The position numbers and the translations under genes were made by a program. A stretch of 63,723 nt of DNA, filler included, from an uncultured Methanosarcinales archaeon (GTDB lineage Archaea; Nanobdellota; Nanobdellia; Woesearchaeales; CAYXTQ01): the NCBI GenBank assembly GCA_964608065.1. It is 3 parts of 3 records of this genome, joined end to end, with 100 filler letters (N's around TTAATTAATTAA, not from the genome) between each part and the next. Parts side by side here need not be neighbours in the genome. Positions count along the whole stretch, not along the records: positions 45,257 to 63,723 come from CAZSMA010000021.1; 2 more parts are not named here. One strand, given 5' to 3'. A model generated the notes under the pieces. The model was not told the origin of the DNA, made no database searches, and saw nothing but the letters and a program-made list of their open reading frames with translations. Positions 59,490-63,723 of this stretch are shown here, piece by piece. The stretch's first letter is position 1. Each line of letters begins with the position of its first letter.

Positions 59490-60766
59490 TTTTTTCTTTT
59501 AATTTTATGAGGCTTGTATCTGCTTTTTTTCCAGTTTTCCGGCATAACTTCTGCTAACACATCATCTGCTGTTACAATACCTTTTATTACTTTATTTTCG
59601 TCTACAACTGGCAAAACAAATAAATCATAACGAGAAACAGCTTTGGCTATATCTTCTTTAGGTGTGTTAATCTTCACATATATAACACCTTTTTTAGTAA
59701 AATCAATAATACTTCTATTAGGTTGAGAAGTAATTAACTCCCTTATTGATATAACTCCCTTAAGTTGTTTTTTATTATTGACAACATATAAATGGAATAT
59801 TTTTTTGTGAGGAGGTTTTATTTTTCTTAGATAATTTATTGTTTGTCTCACATTATAATTTTCAGGAACTGTAATGAACTCAGTATCCATTATAGCTCCT
59901 GCTGATTCAGGATTATAGCCTAATATTTCTTTTATTTTAGATGTTGTCTCCGACCTCATTGAATTAAGAATTTTTTCTACTTTTGATTTAGACATTAAAC
60001 TTAAGATATCAGCTGATTGGTCATGAGGGATGTTTTCCAATAGATCTACTATTCTCCTTATCTTTAAGTTGCTGAATAATGACTTCTGAACACCTTTTTC
60101 AGCATCAATTAATGTTTCTGCAGCTTTTTTCTTATCCAAAGAGTTGAATATAAGGAATCTCTCTTCATGGGATAAGTCTTCCATTAGGTCTGCAATGTCT
60201 TCTGGATGCAGGTCAGCAATTTTACTTTTTTGTGTTATAAGGTGAAGGTCATGGAATTCCTGCTCTAGTCTTTCTACAGATTCCCATTTGATTACCTTTT
60301 CCTTGACTTTTCCAGGCATTATGTTCTCTACTCCAAAGCGTCGCATAAAACTTCTAGTTCCAATAGCTACAGCAACTACGCAGAACTTGTCATTTATTTT
60401 GCCTAATAAAACATCATTGACTCTGACTACTTTAAAGCCATCAACATCTATAAGCTGCTTGTCTACTATGTTGCTTATCAAAGTTTCTTTTTCTTTTTCA
60501 AAAAAAGGATTAATATTATCATTAGATACATTTAATATGACTTTTATTTTTGCTTTTTTACCTTTTGATTCATTTTTTAATTCCTTAACCAAATCCCATG
60601 GAATTTTTTTCCTATATTTTTTTTCATCTAAGTAAATCAGATGAGTTACTTCTGCATATGTTTCTCCATCTTCAAATACTAAGTCCTGTAGTGTTCCAGT
60701 TTTTTTTTCGTTCTCGTCAAATATAGCTTTTCCTTTTATTTCGCTTAAGTATACCATGATTATCAC
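59486..60766 (-). CDS. PRC-barrel + MgtE intracellular N-domain + CBS pair protein (no TM domain)
   Basis: DKQLIDVDG.KVVRVND, LHPEDIAD, SAGAIMDTEF, GIVTADD; start may be 60757. Confidence 0.9.
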   Translation of the reverse strand: MIIMVYLSEIKGKAIFDENEKKTGTLQDLVFEDGETYAEVTHLIYLDEKKYRKKIPWDLVKELKNESKGKKAKIKVILNVSNDNINPFFEKEKETLISNIVDKQLIDVDGFKVVRVNDVLLGKINDKFCVVAVAIGTRSFMRRFGVENIMPGKVKEKVIKWESVERLEQEFHDLHLITQKSKIADLHPEDIADLMEDLSHEERFLIFNSLDKKKAAETLIDAEKGVQKSLFSNLKIRRIVDLLENIPHDQSADILSLMSKSKVEKILNSMRSETTSKIKEILGYNPESAGAIMDTEFITVPENYNVRQTINYLRKIKPPHKKIFHLYVVNNKKQLKGVISIRELITSQPNRSIIDFTKKGVIYVKINTPKEDIAKAVSRYDLFVLPVVDENKVIKGIVTADDVLAEVMPENWKKSRYKPHKIKRKK

Positions 60767-60780
60767 CTAAATGGGACGTG

Positions 60781-60989
60781 TCAAAAACCACCTATCAGAG
60801 ATAGGTGGCATGTTTTTACATGCACAATGATATTGAGTGGTTTTTGAGCATGAACTGAAAAATTCACAAAGTGAATTTTTGGTTTGTTGGAAATGCTTCA
60901 CATTTCAAACACTCGGAAATATACTACCTCTCACTTTTTTTTTATAGTGGATTTCATCCAATGGTTAGAAACCAGTGGTATATTTCCGA
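60781..60989 (-). ncRNA. Candidate structured 5' leader with two multi-helix junctions
   Basis: Closing stems 60913-60924/60978-60989 and 60781-60791/60837-60847, each enclosing three hairpins. Confidence 0.5.
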
Positions 60990-61066
60990 CATATAAAGTA
61001 AAATCTAAGATTATAAATAGTTTTCTATTCAATAACTTTAAATACTATAATCTTTTACTCTGGCTT

Positions 61067-61942
61067 ATGGGTGGCAAGTATTATTTTCAAAATATTTTGG
61101 GAAGTTTTGTTTTTGATCAACAATTTAATCTAATTGAGAAGGGTTCAAAAGAGAAGTTGTTGAAGAAGTACAAGAAGCTTGAAGAGCCAGAAGGCAAAGA
61201 ATTAGTGAAAGTTTTGGAATTCTTTAGAGATAAAAAATATTTTAATGAGTTTTATGAGAAAAATGTTAGTTTAACAAAGAAGGGTGTTAAAGATTCAGTT
61301 ACAAATGACTTGTTGATAATTCAGACAATAAACAGCATTGAAGATCTGGATAAAATAAATAATATGTTGATAAAGAGATTGAGAGAATGGTATAGTTTGT
61401 ATAATCCTGAAAGATCCCATTCTGTACAAGATCACAGGAAATTTGTAGAGATAGTTTTGAAGAAGACTAAAGAGAAAACAATGATGGGTGCTGAATTAAG
61501 CCAAAAAGATTTAAAGCCAGTTATGGAATTAGCAGATAAACTTAATAAATTATATGAACTCAGGAAAAATCTTGAAAAATATCTAGATGGTTTGATAAAT
61601 GAAGTGTGCCCTAATGTTGTTGCTATAGCAGGCAGTTTGATTGCAGCAAAATTATTAGAGCATGCAGGTTCTTTGAAGAAATTAGTTATGTTTCCAGCTT
61701 CAACAGTGCAGCTGTTAGGGGCTGAGAAGGCTTTGTTCAGGCATATGAAAAGTGGAGCTAGGGCTCCAAAGTATGGTATATTGTTCCAACATCCTTTAAT
61801 ACAAAAGAATAAGAAAGATATACATGGCAAGATTGCAAGGACTTTGGCTGACAAGATTTCTTTGGCAGCTAGAGTAGATTATTTTAAAGGTAAATTTATT
61901 GGTGATAAATTAATGAAAGAGATAGAGGATAAGTTTACATGA
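61067..61942 (+). CDS. nop5: Box C/D sRNP protein Nop5/Nop56
   Basis: RLREWY, PASTVQLLGAEKALF, PKYG, GKIARTLA; true start ATG 61067 after TTTAAATA. Confidence 0.93.
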   Translation: MGGKYYFQNILGSFVFDQQFNLIEKGSKEKLLKKYKKLEEPEGKELVKVLEFFRDKKYFNEFYEKNVSLTKKGVKDSVTNDLLIIQTINSIEDLDKINNMLIKRLREWYSLYNPERSHSVQDHRKFVEIVLKKTKEKTMMGAELSQKDLKPVMELADKLNKLYELRKNLEKYLDGLINEVCPNVVAIAGSLIAAKLLEHAGSLKKLVMFPASTVQLLGAEKALFRHMKSGARAPKYGILFQHPLIQKNKKDIHGKIARTLADKISLAARVDYFKGKFIGDKLMKEIEDKFT

Positions 61943-62679
61943 AATACAAAATTAATGGAACTGTGATGCAGACTGTGAATATTGAATTAAAGAAAGAGGA
62001 AAAAGTATTTTCTGAATCAGGAAATATGGCTTGGATGTCTGAGAATATTCAGATGCAGACTAATACAAGAGGAGGATTGTTTGCAGGAATAAAAAGAAGA
62101 TTAGCTGGAGAGTCAATTTTTCTTAATAATTTTACCTGCACAGAAGGTGTTGGGGTTATAACTTTTTCATCAGAGTTTCCAGGAAAAATACTGCCTGTGA
62201 AATTAAGCAAGAATAAAGAATTAATATGTCAGAAAGATGCTTTTATGTGTGCTGAAGATTCTGTTAAACTGGATATGTTCTTCAGGAAGAAATTAGGGGC
62301 TGGTTTTTTTGGAGGAGAGGGTTTTATTTTACAGAAGCTTTCTGGTAAAGGGACAGCGTTTGTTGAGATTGCAGGAGAAATAACTATGATTGATTTAAAG
62401 AAAGATCAGGTTATAAGGGTAGACACAGGACATATTGCTATGTTTGAGCCAACTGTTGATTTTGATATTCAAATGGTGAAAGGTGCTAAAAATATTTTAT
62501 TTGGAGGAGAAGGCTTATTTTTATCTACATTAACAGGTCCTGGTAAGGTCTGGCTGCAATCAATGCCATTTTCAAACTTTGCAGCAAGGATTGGACAATA
62601 TTTGTTGACAAGAAAAGAAAGTGGAGGGATAAGGAAAGGTTTTGGCGGGTTGATTGAAGGACTAGGAAGAGGGCTATAA
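61939..62679 (+). CDS. AIM24/TIGR00266 family protein
   Basis: ESGNMAWM, GESIF, FFGGEGF, GPGKVWLQSMP. Confidence 0.92.
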   Translation: MKYKINGTVMQTVNIELKKEEKVFSESGNMAWMSENIQMQTNTRGGLFAGIKRRLAGESIFLNNFTCTEGVGVITFSSEFPGKILPVKLSKNKELICQKDAFMCAEDSVKLDMFFRKKLGAGFFGGEGFILQKLSGKGTAFVEIAGEITMIDLKKDQVIRVDTGHIAMFEPTVDFDIQMVKGAKNILFGGEGLFLSTLTGPGKVWLQSMPFSNFAARIGQYLLTRKESGGIRKGFGGLIEGLGRGL

Positions 62680-62680
62680 G

Positions 62681-62872
62681 ATGGGAACATTAACCTTTTT
62701 GTTTTTGACAATAATTGTTTTTTTTGTGATGCTGATATTTGTAATGCCTAAAATATTGTATGTAGCTACTTTAGTGTATCATGCTTTGTTTAAGAAGATA
62801 AAAAAAAAGAAGAAAGGACCTTATTTGACTTTAAAGGATTTGAAAGATATTAGATCAGAGAGATTACCATGA
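62681..62872 (+). CDS. Small membrane protein
   Basis: One TM plus basic tail; tightly packed in the operon. Confidence 0.55.
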   Translation: MGTLTFLFLTIIVFFVMLIFVMPKILYVATLVYHALFKKIKKKKKGPYLTLKDLKDIRSERLP

Positions 62873-63540
62873 ATGAAATAAAATTTAAAGGGGTTTATGA
62901 ATTAAAAAGAAAAGGGAGAAGTAATTTATTGACTAAGAGTTTGGTTCCTGGGATTAAAGTATATGAAGAAAGATTGTTTAATGATAAAGGTTCAGAATTT
63001 AGAGAATGGGATCCAAGCAGAAGCAAGTTAGCAGCAGCTATTTTGAAAGATATTAAAGAAATTGGTGTAAAAAAAAGTGATGTTGTTTTGTATCTTGGAG
63101 CTTCTAGTGGAACTACAGTTTCTCATGTTTCTGATATGGTAGGAAAAGAGGGTTTTGTTTTTGCTTTGGATTTTGCTCCAAGGGTTGTAAGGGATTTGGT
63201 TTTTGTTTGTGAGGACAGGAAAAATATTGCTCCAATATTAGCTGATGCAAATAATCCAAAAAGTTATTTGGAGAGAGTTAGTTTAGTAGATGTTGTTTAT
63301 ATGGATATAGCTCAGAAAAATCAGGCTGAAATATTTCTTAAGAATTGTGAAATGTTTTTGAGGAAAGGAGGCTATGCTATGTTAGCTGTGAAAGCAAGAA
63401 GTGTAGATGTAACTAAACAACCAAAGCAGGTTTTTAATTTAGTCAAAAACAAGATTTCAGAGAAGTTAAAAATAATTGATTATAAAGATTTAAGACCCTT
63501 CCAAAAAGATCATTGTTTCTTTGTTTGTCAGAAATTATAA
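62869..63540 (+). CDS. flpA: Fibrillarin-like rRNA/tRNA 2'-O-methyltransferase
   Basis: REWDPSRSKLAA, LYLGASSGTTVSHVSD, DIAQ, KARSVD. Confidence 0.96.
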   Translation: MNEIKFKGVYELKRKGRSNLLTKSLVPGIKVYEERLFNDKGSEFREWDPSRSKLAAAILKDIKEIGVKKSDVVLYLGASSGTTVSHVSDMVGKEGFVFALDFAPRVVRDLVFVCEDRKNIAPILADANNPKSYLERVSLVDVVYMDIAQKNQAEIFLKNCEMFLRKGGYAMLAVKARSVDVTKQPKQVFNLVKNKISEKLKIIDYKDLRPFQKDHCFFVCQKL

Positions 63541-63555
63541 AAGGGGTAAGGAAAC

Positions 63556-63651
63556 TTAGTTTCCTTTACCATTGCTTCTACATCTTTTGCAACTGTCTCC
63601 TCTTAATATCCTGTGTGCTCCACAGGTTATACATTTACCTACTTTTACCAT
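63556..63651 (-). CDS. 31-aa Zn-finger microprotein (not in ORF track)
   Basis: MVKVGKCITCGAHRILRGDSCKRCRSNGKGN*; GGGGG SD 9 nt upstream. Confidence 0.6.
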   Translation of the reverse strand: MVKVGKCITCGAHRILRGDSCKRCRSNGKGN

Positions 63652-63706
63652 GTTAAAAAACCCCCTAGTTTTTTTTACATCCTGAAAATCTTTGATTTTC
63701 ATGATG
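63652..63706 (-). repeat. Palindrome + SD-hairpin cassette, copy before the Zn-finger microprotein
   Basis: CATCATGAAAATCAAAGATTTTCAGGATGTAAAAAAAACTAGGGGGTTTTTTAAC-ATG. Confidence 0.75.
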
Positions 63707-63723
63707 TTTAAACACCCCGTTAT

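Noticed and set aside
60884..61066. 61-aa N-terminal extension of Nop5
   Set aside because: It overlaps the divergent promoter and structured leader; TATA spacing supports ATG 61067

Overview
AT-rich archaeal sequence, most consistent with a DPANN (Woesearchaeota/Pacearchaeota-like) metagenome bin. Archaeal markers include AglB, fibrillarin/Nop5, archaeal SecDF and PyrH, TATA boxes and a BHB-intron tRNA. The window is three contigs joined by artificial N44-TTAATTAATTAA-N44 linkers (22578-22677, 45157-45256), with two further 100-N scaffold gaps. Contig 1 is accessory and surface-related: an SBP plus histidine kinase, a LamG adhesin, a cohesin with two dockerin-like paralogues, orphan MNT antitoxins, and a duplicated SpeE-like membrane protein/Cys-domain module. 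Contig 2 holds a two-intron tRNA-Trp with an intronic C/D guide, S-layer-like proteins, AglB, a GT9, a complete ADP-heptose pathway divergent from an RHH-pseudo-nucleotidyltransferase, and rmlA/rmlD. Contig 3 is mostly housekeeping: secFD, pyrH, ubiB-like, an interleaved por operon with an intein in porB, NRAMP/MgtE-N behind a highly structured leader, nop5 and fibrillarin. The strongest novelty candidates are (i) a dispersed palindrome + SD-hairpin cassette placed directly before start codons, (ii) the heptose divergon regulator with visible operators, (iii) tandem four-way-junction RNA upstream of metal transport genes, and (iv) the cohesin/dockerin surface system. All family calls come from motif recognition; no searches were run.
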